This document shows positions 10,238-19,670 of a DNA stretch of 64,000 nt, piece after piece. Location of the stretch: positions 411,529 through 475,528 of the forward strand of contig MTMA02000006.1 in the NCBI GenBank assembly GCA_002011075.2, read 5' to 3'. The translations under genes and the position numbers were made by a program. Source of the stretch: Candidatus Scotarchaeum otlingeri. GTDB taxonomy: Archaea > Thermoproteota > Nitrososphaeria > Geothermarchaeales > JDFR-13. The notes below the pieces were generated by a model that worked only from the letters and a program-made list of their open reading frames with translations, was not told the origin of the DNA and made no database searches. Within the stretch, counting starts at the first letter, position 1; each line of letters opens with the position of its first letter.

Positions 10238-11119
10238 GTGTGTCTAATGAGCGAATTACTTATAGGACTGCATGTATCTATAGGCGGAGGTATAGACAAA
10301 TCTGTTGATCGTGCATGGCAACTTGGATGTACCACTTTTCAGATATTTACGAGAAACCCTAGAGGTTGGAAATACAAGCCCCTAGAGGAGATGGAGATAC
10401 AATTATTTAGGGAAAAGATGAAAAGTAGGGGTTATAAAAAAGTGGCTTCCCATATGCCTTATCTACCTAACCTTGCCTCACCAAACGAGGAAATATATTC
10501 AAAATCAGTTAATAGCCTTATCAATGAATACATTAGAACAGGGCAGTTAGGCATTCCATATCTTGTTTTACATCTGGGAAGTCATATGGGTATGGGTGAG
10601 GAGATCGGTAGGCGAAGGATTATGGAAGCAATAAATAAAGTTTTAGAGTTGAATGAACATAATGTTATGATACTTCTTGAAAACACAGCAGGAACTAGGA
10701 ATAGTTTAGGAAGTAGGTTCGAAGAGATACGTATACTAATGGACATGATCGACGATGTTAGGATAGGAGTATGTTTCGATACGGCTCATGCATATTCCGC
10801 TGGATATGATCTTAGAGACGAAGAATCCGTGGATAAGGTAGTAGAGGAATTCGATAATGTTATTGGGTTAAAACATCTAAAGGTGATTCACTTAAATGAT
10901 ACAGACGTAAAACTGGGCGGGGGTCGGGACCACCATGAGCATATCGGCTTAGGAGAGATAGGCGAGGAAGGATTCAAAGCGGTAATAAATCATCCAAAAT
11001 TCAGATTACTACCAATGATAATGGAGACCCCGGTTGACGAGAGAAGAGATGATTTAGGGAATATGATGGTTGTTTGGAGATTAGCAGGTGTTAAGCCGCC
11101 TAAACATATTAAAATATAA
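10238..11119 (+). CDS. nfo: Endonuclease IV (AP endonuclease, deoxyribonuclease IV)
   Basis: TIM-barrel Nfo motifs: 'GLHVSIGGG', 'LVLHLGSH', 'LLENTAG', 'CFDTAHAYSAGYD', 'IHLND...DHHEHIGLGEIG'. The likely start is ATG 10247. Confidence 0.85.
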   Translation: MCLMSELLIGLHVSIGGGIDKSVDRAWQLGCTTFQIFTRNPRGWKYKPLEEMEIQLFREKMKSRGYKKVASHMPYLPNLASPNEEIYSKSVNSLINEYIRTGQLGIPYLVLHLGSHMGMGEEIGRRRIMEAINKVLELNEHNVMILLENTAGTRNSLGSRFEEIRILMDMIDDVRIGVCFDTAHAYSAGYDLRDEESVDKVVEEFDNVIGLKHLKVIHLNDTDVKLGGGRDHHEHIGLGEIGEEGFKAVINHPKFRLLPMIMETPVDERRDDLGNMMVVWRLAGVKPPKHIKI

Positions 11120-11171
11120 TGGTTTATAATCCTTCCTATCATAGAATAAAAAATGGTTTGAAGTACTTTGT

Positions 11172-11489
<318 letters not shown>

Positions 11490-11718
11490 CTATCACCATA
11501 ATTAAGGAAAGCATATTTGTATATTAAAGCTTATGTTAATATTTAATCCATATAAATTAAAAGAGTGTATATTATTCAATAACGGATTTCAATGCTATTA
11601 TGAAGCATAAAGGTAATTATTGTTGGACGAACCCAACTATATTAATGGGGGTATTCATTTCTATATTTAAACTAATAATAAACTAAAGAATTATTATAAG
11701 TATAATAAGGGTAGAGAG

Positions 11719-12606
11719 ATGACCGTCTCTTTAAATGTCAAGCCAGATTGGTTGAAAGCCTATCTTAACACAAACAAGAATTTCTATTATCTCTCAAAAT
11801 TAACTAGAAGTTTAGAGATTAATACAATATGCACATCTGCTAGATGCCCAAATATATATGAATGCTGGGGATCAAAGACAGCAACATTCATGATTCTTGG
11901 TGATACATGTACCAGAAACTGCAGATTCTGCAATGTAAAGAAAGGTAATCCAGGTGGATTCATAGATAAGGATGAAATTGATAGGTTACTAGACGCTATA
12001 AAAAAATTAAAGTTAAGATATGTAGTTATAACTTCCGTTGATAGGGATGATTTACCCGATGGAGGAGCTTCTCACTTCGCCAACGTAATAAATGCAATAA
12101 AAGAAGAGTTTTCGGAAGTAATTGTTGAGGTTCTAACACCAGATTTCGGGGGTAGCCATGAATCTATAATAAAGATACTTGACGCTAAGCCCCATGTATA
12201 TGGACATAATATAGAAACGGTAGCTAGGCTAACCCCGATTGTTAGAGACCGAAGGGCGTCATATTCCCAATCATTAAATGTCCTGAAATTCGTCAAGAAA
12301 TACAACTCAAAGATTCTAACTAAATCTTCTATTCTTCTAGGTTTAGGGGAAACAGAGAAAGAGGTTATACAGACTATGAGGGATTTACATGATGCTCAGG
12401 TGGATATATTGACTATAGGTCAGTACTTACAGCCTACCCGTAAGCACTACCCTGTCAAAGAGTATATCCATCCTGAAATTTTCAAGTATTATGAGGATAT
12501 TGGGTATAAGATGGGATTCGGGGTGGTTGTAAGCGGCCCGTTAGTTAGAAGTTCTTATCGAGCGGCAGAGTATTATATAAAGCAAGTAGTATCAGGGTTA
12601 CAATGA
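11719..12606 (+). CDS. lipA: Lipoyl synthase
   Basis: Auxiliary cluster motif 'CTSARCPNIYECW' and radical-SAM motif 'CTRNCRFC'. Size 295 aa, convergent partner of lipB. Confidence 0.9.
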   Translation: MTVSLNVKPDWLKAYLNTNKNFYYLSKLTRSLEINTICTSARCPNIYECWGSKTATFMILGDTCTRNCRFCNVKKGNPGGFIDKDEIDRLLDAIKKLKLRYVVITSVDRDDLPDGGASHFANVINAIKEEFSEVIVEVLTPDFGGSHESIIKILDAKPHVYGHNIETVARLTPIVRDRRASYSQSLNVLKFVKKYNSKILTKSSILLGLGETEKEVIQTMRDLHDAQVDILTIGQYLQPTRKHYPVKEYIHPEIFKYYEDIGYKMGFGVVVSGPLVRSSYRAAEYYIKQVVSGLQ

Positions 12607-13242
12607 TAATATCGATGAGTCCTTAGTTATCAATAAGGGTTCACCATATAGTTCTTCCAACGAGTTTCTAAGTCTTTTTTTGACATCATCTACCTCTATA
12701 TTCTTTCCCGTCTCCTTAGATATAGATGTAATTACTATTGGATCTAATCCGCATGGATTGATTTTCTCAAAATATGATAAATCTATATTTACATTTAATG
12801 CAAATCCATGATATGTGACCCATCTATCGACCGCCACGCCTATGGAAGCAACTTTCTTATTATCAACCCATACCCCTGCATGCCCCTTTATCCATCTCGC
12901 ATTTAATCCAAATTCACTTAATACGTTAATGATGGCCTCCTCCATTATCTTAATATGATCAGTTAATCGTAACTTCCTATCATCGAGTTTAATAATAGGG
13001 TAACCAACAACTTGACCGGGTCCATGAAATGTTATATCTCCCCCACGGTTTACTCTATATACCTTAATACCATCTATCGTATCAGGATAATCCTTCCCAG
13101 ATTTACCAACGGTGTAAATAGGTGAATGCTCACAAAAGAAAATAACATCTCCAATATTGCCCTTTGCCCTCTCACTCACCGTTTTAATCATAATAGACAA
13201 TGCATTTACATAATCTTTTTTTCCTAAATCTATGTATAGCAT
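12598..13242 (-). CDS. lipB: Octanoyltransferase (lipoyl(octanoyl) transferase)
   Basis: LipB motifs 'HSPIYTVG', 'RGGDITFHGPGQVVGYP', 'NPCG'. Overlaps the lipA 3' end by 9 nt. Confidence 0.8.
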   Translation of the reverse strand: MLYIDLGKKDYVNALSIMIKTVSERAKGNIGDVIFFCEHSPIYTVGKSGKDYPDTIDGIKVYRVNRGGDITFHGPGQVVGYPIIKLDDRKLRLTDHIKIMEEAIINVLSEFGLNARWIKGHAGVWVDNKKVASIGVAVDRWVTYHGFALNVNIDLSYFEKINPCGLDPIVITSISKETGKNIEVDDVKKRLRNSLEELYGEPLLITKDSSILSL

Positions 13243-13328
13243 AGCCCATCTTGAAAATATGATTTAATAATATAAGAATTAAATATATTTTAAAAGGCTT
13301 AATCCTCTTTAGGAGGCTGAATGATAAC

Positions 13329-14540
13329 ATGAGTAAAACATTAATTGATAATGTGGTTGATGGCATCAAAGACGCTTTATTCCAGATATATGAGGTCGCT
13401 AGGATGACTCCCCTTAACATATCAAACAACCTAAGCAAGATGACGGGAGGAAGTATCTATTTGAAACATGAAAATATGCAAAGGACTGGGTCGTTTAAAC
13501 TAAGAGGAGCCTATTACTCATTGAGAAAGGCCAAGGAGGAGGCTATAATTACGGCTTCTGATGGTAATCATGCCCAAGGAGCAGCGTTATCAGCTTCTTT
13601 CTTAGGTAAAAAACTCGTTGTCGTCATGCCCGAATATACTTCAAATGTAAAAATTAACGCTACAAGAGATTATGGCGGAGAAGTCATACTATATGGAAAG
13701 ACTTATGACGATGCTATAAATTATGCAGTCGAGTATGCAGAGGAAAAGAAAGCTAGATTTATTCACCCATATGATGAACTAAATATTATTGCGGGAAACG
13801 GCACTGTTGCCACTGAAATTTTAGATGATCTACGCAATATAGACATGGTAATTGTACCCATAGGTGGAGGTGCACTTATATCGGGTATCGCTTCATATCT
13901 TAAGAAGACAAAGCCCAGTGTAAAGATAATCGGTGTCCAGTCTAAAGCCAGCCCGTCTATGAAGCTATCTTTAGATAGCGGAAAGTTGATGAAGATATCA
14001 CCTAAACCAACTATCGCCGAGGGCATATCTATATCTTCCCCGGGAGAATTATGTTTCAAGATAGTTAGTGAGACTGTTGATGATATTGTAATTGTAGATG
14101 ATGATGAAATAGCATATGCATTATACATATTATTTGAAAGAGTGAAGACGGTTGCAGAGCCTGCTGGCGCAGCGAGTGTAGCCGCATTACTAAATGGATA
14201 TATAGAACCGAAAGGTAACACTGTAGCCATTATCTCAGGGGGAAACATAGACGCTCCCCTTCTCTCAAAGGTTCTTCTTCAGGGAATGAATAAAAGCGGG
14301 CGTTTAGTCAAGCTAGATGTAGCCCTAATAGATAAACCTGGAGAATTAGAGAGGTTCATAGACATTATAACCAATCATAGAGCTAATATAGTTAATATAT
14401 TCGTTGATTATGTAGCTAAAGTATTGACACCGAGTTATTCAAAGGTAACTATCCTAATGGAGATACCTACAAAAGAAGAATTGGAAATTATAGTTTCCGA
14501 AATCAAAAATAGAGGATATAGTCTCCTGAATGTGGAATAG
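13329..14540 (+). CDS. Threonine ammonia-lyase (threonine dehydratase) with C-terminal ACT-like regulatory domain
   Basis: PLP-lysine motif 'GSFKLRGA', 'SDGNHAQG', glycine loop 'PIGGGALISG', and an about 80-aa C-terminal regulatory-type extension. Confidence 0.85.
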   Translation: MSKTLIDNVVDGIKDALFQIYEVARMTPLNISNNLSKMTGGSIYLKHENMQRTGSFKLRGAYYSLRKAKEEAIITASDGNHAQGAALSASFLGKKLVVVMPEYTSNVKINATRDYGGEVILYGKTYDDAINYAVEYAEEKKARFIHPYDELNIIAGNGTVATEILDDLRNIDMVIVPIGGGALISGIASYLKKTKPSVKIIGVQSKASPSMKLSLDSGKLMKISPKPTIAEGISISSPGELCFKIVSETVDDIVIVDDDEIAYALYILFERVKTVAEPAGAASVAALLNGYIEPKGNTVAIISGGNIDAPLLSKVLLQGMNKSGRLVKLDVALIDKPGELERFIDIITNHRANIVNIFVDYVAKVLTPSYSKVTILMEIPTKEELEIIVSEIKNRGYSLLNVE

Positions 14541-14551
14541 GTGAGTAAATA

Positions 14552-15019
14552 ATGAAGATAGTGAAGGAAGAAAAAAACGTGCTTAATATGGTGGAGATGT
14601 TGATGGAAGACCTATCGGATCCTGCTTCCCTAAGGGCCATAAGTAGAGTGCCAGAACCAAAAGGAGGAATGAGATATAGAGAAGTCTTGCAAAGACTATA
14701 TTTATCGCTAGGTATATTTCATGCATCCGTCGTTATCGAGTTTAGGGACGGCAAGAGGAAATATTATACATTTCTGGCCCGTGCAATACCCGACGAAGCC
14801 GCCAAGGATTTCACGGAATGTGAGGTAGAGGCTATAGGATATATCGTAGAAAGAGAAAAAGATGGAGATATTGTATACCGGATATTCGAGAAGTCTAAGT
14901 TAAATAATGTAAAGAAGTTATATAGCCTCATAAGTAAAGTAGGCGATAAATATAGATGGAGCGATATAGAAATATATCTAAAGAAGATAATGGAGTACGA
15001 CACATATTTCTGGCTATAA
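14552..15019 (+). CDS. Hypothetical protein
   Basis: 155-aa ORF 11 nt downstream of the threonine dehydratase gene on the same strand. No motif recognised. Confidence 0.5.
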   Translation: MKIVKEEKNVLNMVEMLMEDLSDPASLRAISRVPEPKGGMRYREVLQRLYLSLGIFHASVVIEFRDGKRKYYTFLARAIPDEAAKDFTECEVEAIGYIVEREKDGDIVYRIFEKSKLNNVKKLYSLISKVGDKYRWSDIEIYLKKIMEYDTYFWL

Positions 15020-15101
15020 CATAAATTAACTAAATAACCTAGATATATCATATTTATTATTATAACAAAAGACTGAATCGATAGAAGTATTTATTATATT
15101 A

Positions 15102-16454
15102 ATGGGTGATAAGTCTTTGGATAACGATGCTATGGACATTATTGAAAGATACCTCTATGGAACTTGGATGCTTCAGAAAAAGTGGTCGCCTCAACTACTA
15201 ATTTCCGACGGCGAAGGCGCATACTTGATAGACAAAGATGGCAAAAAATATCTTGATTTTTCCTCTCAACTTGTATGTGTAAACTTAGGCTATAAGAACA
15301 GAGAGTTAATAAAGGCTCTCCATAAACAAATCGATAAAATTGCATATGTCGGGCCTGCCTTAGGATTAGAAATCAGGGCTGAAGCGGCTAAAGCATTTGC
15401 TTCTATAGCCCCGAAGAATTTAATTAAATTCGTTTTCTCGAGTAGCGGTACAGAGGCAAATGAAGATGCCTTAAAAATAGCCCGTCTCTATAAAAATCCA
15501 TGCTATAAAATAATCGCACGATATAGATCATATCATGGATCCACAGCTACATCGATGTCCTTGACAGGAGATTTAAGGAGAACTGTAGTCGAGTACCATA
15601 CGAATGTAAGGGGTACGGTATTTGCACCAGATCCCTATTGCTATAGATGCCCCTTTAATTTGGAATACCCTAAATGTGGAGTGGCATGCGCAGAATATCT
15701 CGAGTACATGATCGAACGAGAAAAAAATGTAGCCGCGATCTTTATGGAGCCGATAACAGGTACGAATGGCGTTATTGTGCCTCCACCGGAATACTATAAA
15801 ATAATTAGAGAAATAGCTGACAAATATGGGGTTCTACTAATATTTGATGAAGTTATGAGTGGATGGGGTAGAACGGGCGAATGGTTTGCCCATCAAAGAT
15901 GGGGTGTTGAAGCCGATATTATGACTACGGCTAAAGGGGCTTCGTCGTCATATGTTCCTATAGGTATTACAGCAACCACTAAAGCTATATCGGATTACTT
16001 TGAGGATCATTTCTTTGCGGTTGGACATACATTTGCATATCATCCGCTCGCCATGGCCGCCTTAACCGCTGTAATTAGGGTAATGAAGGAACACAACTAT
16101 GTTTATCATGCTAAGAGGTTGGGTGGATATATCCGTAAGAGACTATTTGAATTGATGAGTAAACATCCTTCTATAGGTGATATTAGGGGAGTAGGCCTAT
16201 TTTGGGCAGTAGAACTAGTTAAGAACCGAAATAGAAAGACTCCCTTCAACACAGATGAGGATAAGATTCTGGGTAGGCCTCTGGTTACTGGAGAGGTAGC
16301 ATCTCGAATGAGAGAATTAGGAGTACTTGTTATGTATTGGATTACTCATCTTGTAATTGCACCTCCACTAATAGTTGATACTGATGATATAGATAGGGGA
16401 ATTGATGCGCTCGATGAGGCTCTAAAGGTCGCAGATGAGAAAGTAGAAAAATAG
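15102..16454 (+). CDS. Class-III (omega-type) PLP-dependent aminotransferase
   Basis: 'SSGTEANEDALKIAR', 'FDEVMSGWGRTG', and the PLP-lysine region 'TTAKGASSSY'. 450 aa. Confidence 0.85.
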   Translation: MGDKSLDNDAMDIIERYLYGTWMLQKKWSPQLLISDGEGAYLIDKDGKKYLDFSSQLVCVNLGYKNRELIKALHKQIDKIAYVGPALGLEIRAEAAKAFASIAPKNLIKFVFSSSGTEANEDALKIARLYKNPCYKIIARYRSYHGSTATSMSLTGDLRRTVVEYHTNVRGTVFAPDPYCYRCPFNLEYPKCGVACAEYLEYMIEREKNVAAIFMEPITGTNGVIVPPPEYYKIIREIADKYGVLLIFDEVMSGWGRTGEWFAHQRWGVEADIMTTAKGASSSYVPIGITATTKAISDYFEDHFFAVGHTFAYHPLAMAALTAVIRVMKEHNYVYHAKRLGGYIRKRLFELMSKHPSIGDIRGVGLFWAVELVKNRNRKTPFNTDEDKILGRPLVTGEVASRMRELGVLVMYWITHLVIAPPLIVDTDDIDRGIDALDEALKVADEKVEK

Positions 16455-16460
16455 TGGTTT

Positions 16461-16808
16461 TTATAATCCTAATTTACTTTTTACTTCGTTTGTTGCATTG
16501 GTACTAAGTATGTCGTCTTTATCAAAAACCTCGATCTCTATATCCTTTATTATCAGATGATTATCTGGAGATAAGTCATACTCTAGATTTATGTTTACTA
16601 TCGCCGTTTTGGGAACTTTAAATTTATCAACTAGAACTTCGTAGATCTTCCTATTCAATTCTGAGAGGTCCTGATTTATTGTTTTAGCATCTATCTCGCC
16701 GCTCTTATACTTGTCTCGGAAGGCGGCGTTGAATGCTCTCCTGAGTTTTAGAGCATAACCACTAAATCTTATGGGTCCTGTTCTAACTTCCATAGAATCT
16801 ACACCCAT
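16461..16808 (-). CDS. Hypothetical small protein
   Basis: 115-aa ORF convergent with the aminotransferase gene, hydrophilic, with no catalytic motif. Its family is not recognised with confidence. Confidence 0.5.
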   Translation of the reverse strand: MGVDSMEVRTGPIRFSGYALKLRRAFNAAFRDKYKSGEIDAKTINQDLSELNRKIYEVLVDKFKVPKTAIVNINLEYDLSPDNHLIIKDIEIEVFDKDDILSTNATNEVKSKLGL

Positions 16809-16903
16809 ATAATAGATTGAAATCAGATATTATATAAAAATCATATGACGATATAGCGGTATAGTCATTTGTTAAGGAATATTTTATTTGATTCGGTTCT
16901 CAT

Positions 16904-17704
16904 ATGATTATTGACCAGGCCATGGAAGAAATAGATATGTCTAGGGTTCTGAGTCCCAACTATAGATTTATATTATTTCTAGGGTTCGATGTAGATATCG
17001 ATAGCGCTGAGGTGTGGAGAAATGCCGATTATATAGAGAGGAGCTATGGGCGTTATGGAGCTGTAAAAGGTGTTAGAAAAGTAATTAATATACTAGAAAT
17101 ATTTGGGGTAAAGGCTACTTTTTTTGTACCTGGATGGGTGGCGGAGAACTACCCGGAAATAGTTAACCTAATAATGACTTCGGGATATGAAGTAGGTGCT
17201 CATGGGTATCTACATGAGAAATTGGATCAGGTTGAGAATGAATACGACTTACTATGCAAGATGGATAAGATCTTGAAGCCCTATTATTCTAAGATCAAGG
17301 GGTTTAGATCGCCTTATTGGCGGTTTTCAGAGGAGTCCCTAAGATACTTAGTTAAACTAGGCTATAATTATGACAGTTCTCTCATGGATAATGACGTACC
17401 CTACATTATGGATATCGATGGTTCCAAACTATTGGAGCTACCTGTAGATTGGAGGCTTGATGATTGGCCTCATCTAAAGACAGGTTTAATTAGCTTGAAG
17501 GACTTATATAATCGGTGGATATATGAGTTCAAGACAGCTACGAGAGAAACTCTATATATATCGCTGACATTTCATCCACAGTTAATCAGCCGTGGAAGTA
17601 ATATAGAGCTTTTGAAAAGGATCATCCATAAAGCCTTATCTATGAATGCACAAATACTTTCAGGCAGAGAATTATGTGAAACAATATTCTCGGCATATAT
17701 CTAA
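16904..17704 (+). CDS. Polysaccharide deacetylase (NodB-homology) family protein
   Basis: NodB-type motifs 'FDVDID' (Asp-Asp), 'ATFFVPGW' and 'EVGAHGYLHE' (His-His metal ligands). Confidence 0.7.
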   Translation: MIIDQAMEEIDMSRVLSPNYRFILFLGFDVDIDSAEVWRNADYIERSYGRYGAVKGVRKVINILEIFGVKATFFVPGWVAENYPEIVNLIMTSGYEVGAHGYLHEKLDQVENEYDLLCKMDKILKPYYSKIKGFRSPYWRFSEESLRYLVKLGYNYDSSLMDNDVPYIMDIDGSKLLELPVDWRLDDWPHLKTGLISLKDLYNRWIYEFKTATRETLYISLTFHPQLISRGSNIELLKRIIHKALSMNAQILSGRELCETIFSAYI

Positions 17705-17763
17705 AAGAGTACTCCTTTGAGGATAAGGATTAATTTACCCTGTATTAGCTTCTATATTATTGT

Positions 17764-18549
17764 ATGGAGCGTCTATCTACGGGTGTACCGACATTAGATG
17801 CATTAATTGAGGGAGGAATTCCTAGGGGATTCTTTGTCGCCGTCGTTGGAGAACCTGGCACGGGTAAAACAATTCTCTGTATACACTTCATATCTAAGGG
17901 GGTCGATGAGGGAGATAAATGTATATATGTAACCACAGAAGAAAGTAGGAAAAGTATTATAACCCAAGCCAGACAATTCAATATCGATTTCGAAAAGGCG
18001 ATTAATGAGGGTAAAATGATTCTTATAGATGCATTGATGGGTGGCCAAGAAAAATGGAACCTGAAGTCTCTATCTCCAGATGAACTCACAGAGATGATAA
18101 TAAATGCCAAAAAAGAGTTGGGTTATGGAAGGGCCCGTATTGTAATAGACTCTTTATCAGCATTTTGGTTAGATCGTCCCGCTATGGCTAGACGATACGC
18201 CTACTATTTTAAGAAAGTTTTTAGTAAGTGGGATTTTACTATATTGGCCACCAGTCAGTACGCCATTACTACAGCTGAAGCCTTTGGCTTCGGTGTAGAG
18301 CATGTAGCCGATGGAATTATAAGGTTTAGGAGAAGTATTAAAAATGGCCTCTTAAGAAGATATCTATTGATAGAGAAGATGCGACAGACTAATCATAGCC
18401 CCGTTATGCATGAGCTTAAGATCATACCAGGTAAGGGGCTGATGATTCTAAAACCTACTATTATACGTAGAGAGGATCTAACCCTTCCGAAACAAGTTAA
18501 AAATAAAATTGTTAAAGCGAGGGATAAAGGGGAATCAGAGATACCTTAA
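17764..18549 (+). CDS. KaiC/RadA-paralogue (aRadC-type) RecA-superfamily ATPase
   Basis: 'STGVPTLDALIEGGIPRGFFVAVVGEPGTGKT' with an intact Walker A, and the Walker B-like 'RIVIDSLS'. Single-domain KaiC-like size (261 aa). Confidence 0.8.
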   Translation: MERLSTGVPTLDALIEGGIPRGFFVAVVGEPGTGKTILCIHFISKGVDEGDKCIYVTTEESRKSIITQARQFNIDFEKAINEGKMILIDALMGGQEKWNLKSLSPDELTEMIINAKKELGYGRARIVIDSLSAFWLDRPAMARRYAYYFKKVFSKWDFTILATSQYAITTAEAFGFGVEHVADGIIRFRRSIKNGLLRRYLLIEKMRQTNHSPVMHELKIIPGKGLMILKPTIIRREDLTLPKQVKNKIVKARDKGESEIP

Positions 18550-18724
18550 AGGTAGCTGTTCATCTTATACCGAGGGATAGAGTGAACTACAAATAGTTAT
18601 GCATCATCTTTGACTCATATAACCCTATAAACATTGATCTAACAAATCTATAGGGAAAAATTATTATTTTATTATTATTGCTACAATACTATTATTCTGG
18701 GTAGTAATAGTAGAGGGAGAGGCC

Positions 18725-19606
18725 TTGAGGATCATTGTACCTGGGGATACGGAGGATTTTCAGTTATCGCTAAGAATGCTGAAAACAGTTCAAATTGGCG
18801 GTCATAGAGTAAAATTAACTCAATATTTATACAATAGGATAAGTGAGGAGGGAGAAGTAACAGTACCAGAGCTATATTTTATAATAATGGGATCCTTAGG
18901 CGGGAATATAGATCTCCCATTAATTCCACAGGTTAATAAAACTTATAGAGCATTTTTATCTCGACTAACTTATCTTATAAAAAAAGGAGGGGTCAAGATA
19001 CTCAATATCGATGAAAGAGACTATGAGTACAAGCGACTGATGAAATATCTCTTGTATTGCTTAAAGAGCGATATCTCAACTTTTGAAGCAGAGTATCGTA
19101 ATAAGAGATATGTCTTTAGAGTTTTGACCCTCCGAGATATACTGAAACACTCCTACTTGAGCTTCTTTATAGTCGCTGAGAGATTAGCGATACCACAGCA
19201 TATAGAGGAGCTTGTAGAGAAACTGGGGATAGGGCGTAGCCTTATAGAGATGTATCTTAAGGTCATGAGGATGTATAGGTTAATAAGAGTGACTAAGGGG
19301 CGTTATGTATTTAGGAATAGAGATTTATATGTTAGGGTTAGGGAGGCGGGGGAAGTTAAAAAGTATAAAGTACTTGATAAGTTGATGAGATATAGTAAAG
19401 CCATCCGCCTATACTGGGAGGGATATGATATTAGGGATATCGCTAGAGCTACAGGCTTTAGTATACAATATCTGCATTACATCTTACATAGAAGCGTTGG
19501 TGGAAATAGGATACTGCTATATGCCGATAGGCTTTATAAGGATGGTCTTCTTCCAGAAGAAGATTATATTACATTGGGTAGTTTTATAAGTTCTCACCAA
19601 AAGTAG
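18725..19606 (+). CDS. Hypothetical protein with HTH-like segments
   Basis: 293-aa basic ORF (TTG start as listed) directly upstream of reverse gyrase. Segments 'IEELVEKLGIGRSLIEMYLKVMRMYRLIRV' and 'IRDIARATGFSIQYLHYILHRS' look like (winged) helix-turn-helix units. Judged by eye only. Confidence 0.5.
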   Translation: MRIIVPGDTEDFQLSLRMLKTVQIGGHRVKLTQYLYNRISEEGEVTVPELYFIIMGSLGGNIDLPLIPQVNKTYRAFLSRLTYLIKKGGVKILNIDERDYEYKRLMKYLLYCLKSDISTFEAEYRNKRYVFRVLTLRDILKHSYLSFFIVAERLAIPQHIEELVEKLGIGRSLIEMYLKVMRMYRLIRVTKGRYVFRNRDLYVRVREAGEVKKYKVLDKLMRYSKAIRLYWEGYDIRDIARATGFSIQYLHYILHRSVGGNRILLYADRLYKDGLLPEEDYITLGSFISSHQK

Positions 19607-19670
19607 CTAAATAAAATATTATTAATAATAGAACCGATATTTAGAGCTAACGAGTTATGGTATATTAGGT

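Noticed and set aside
13763-14248. 161-aa minus-strand ORF inside the threonine dehydratase gene
   Set aside because: It is a shadow ORF. The sense frame carries clear PLP-enzyme motifs and the antisense product has none.
16845-16868. Imperfect palindrome ATGAC-GATATAGCGGTATA-GTCAT containing an ATGACGA (C-box-like) string in the 16809-16903 spacer
   Set aside because: There is no D box (CUGA) or closing stem at an appropriate distance. It is only a 5-bp inverted repeat, most simply part of a divergent promoter region.
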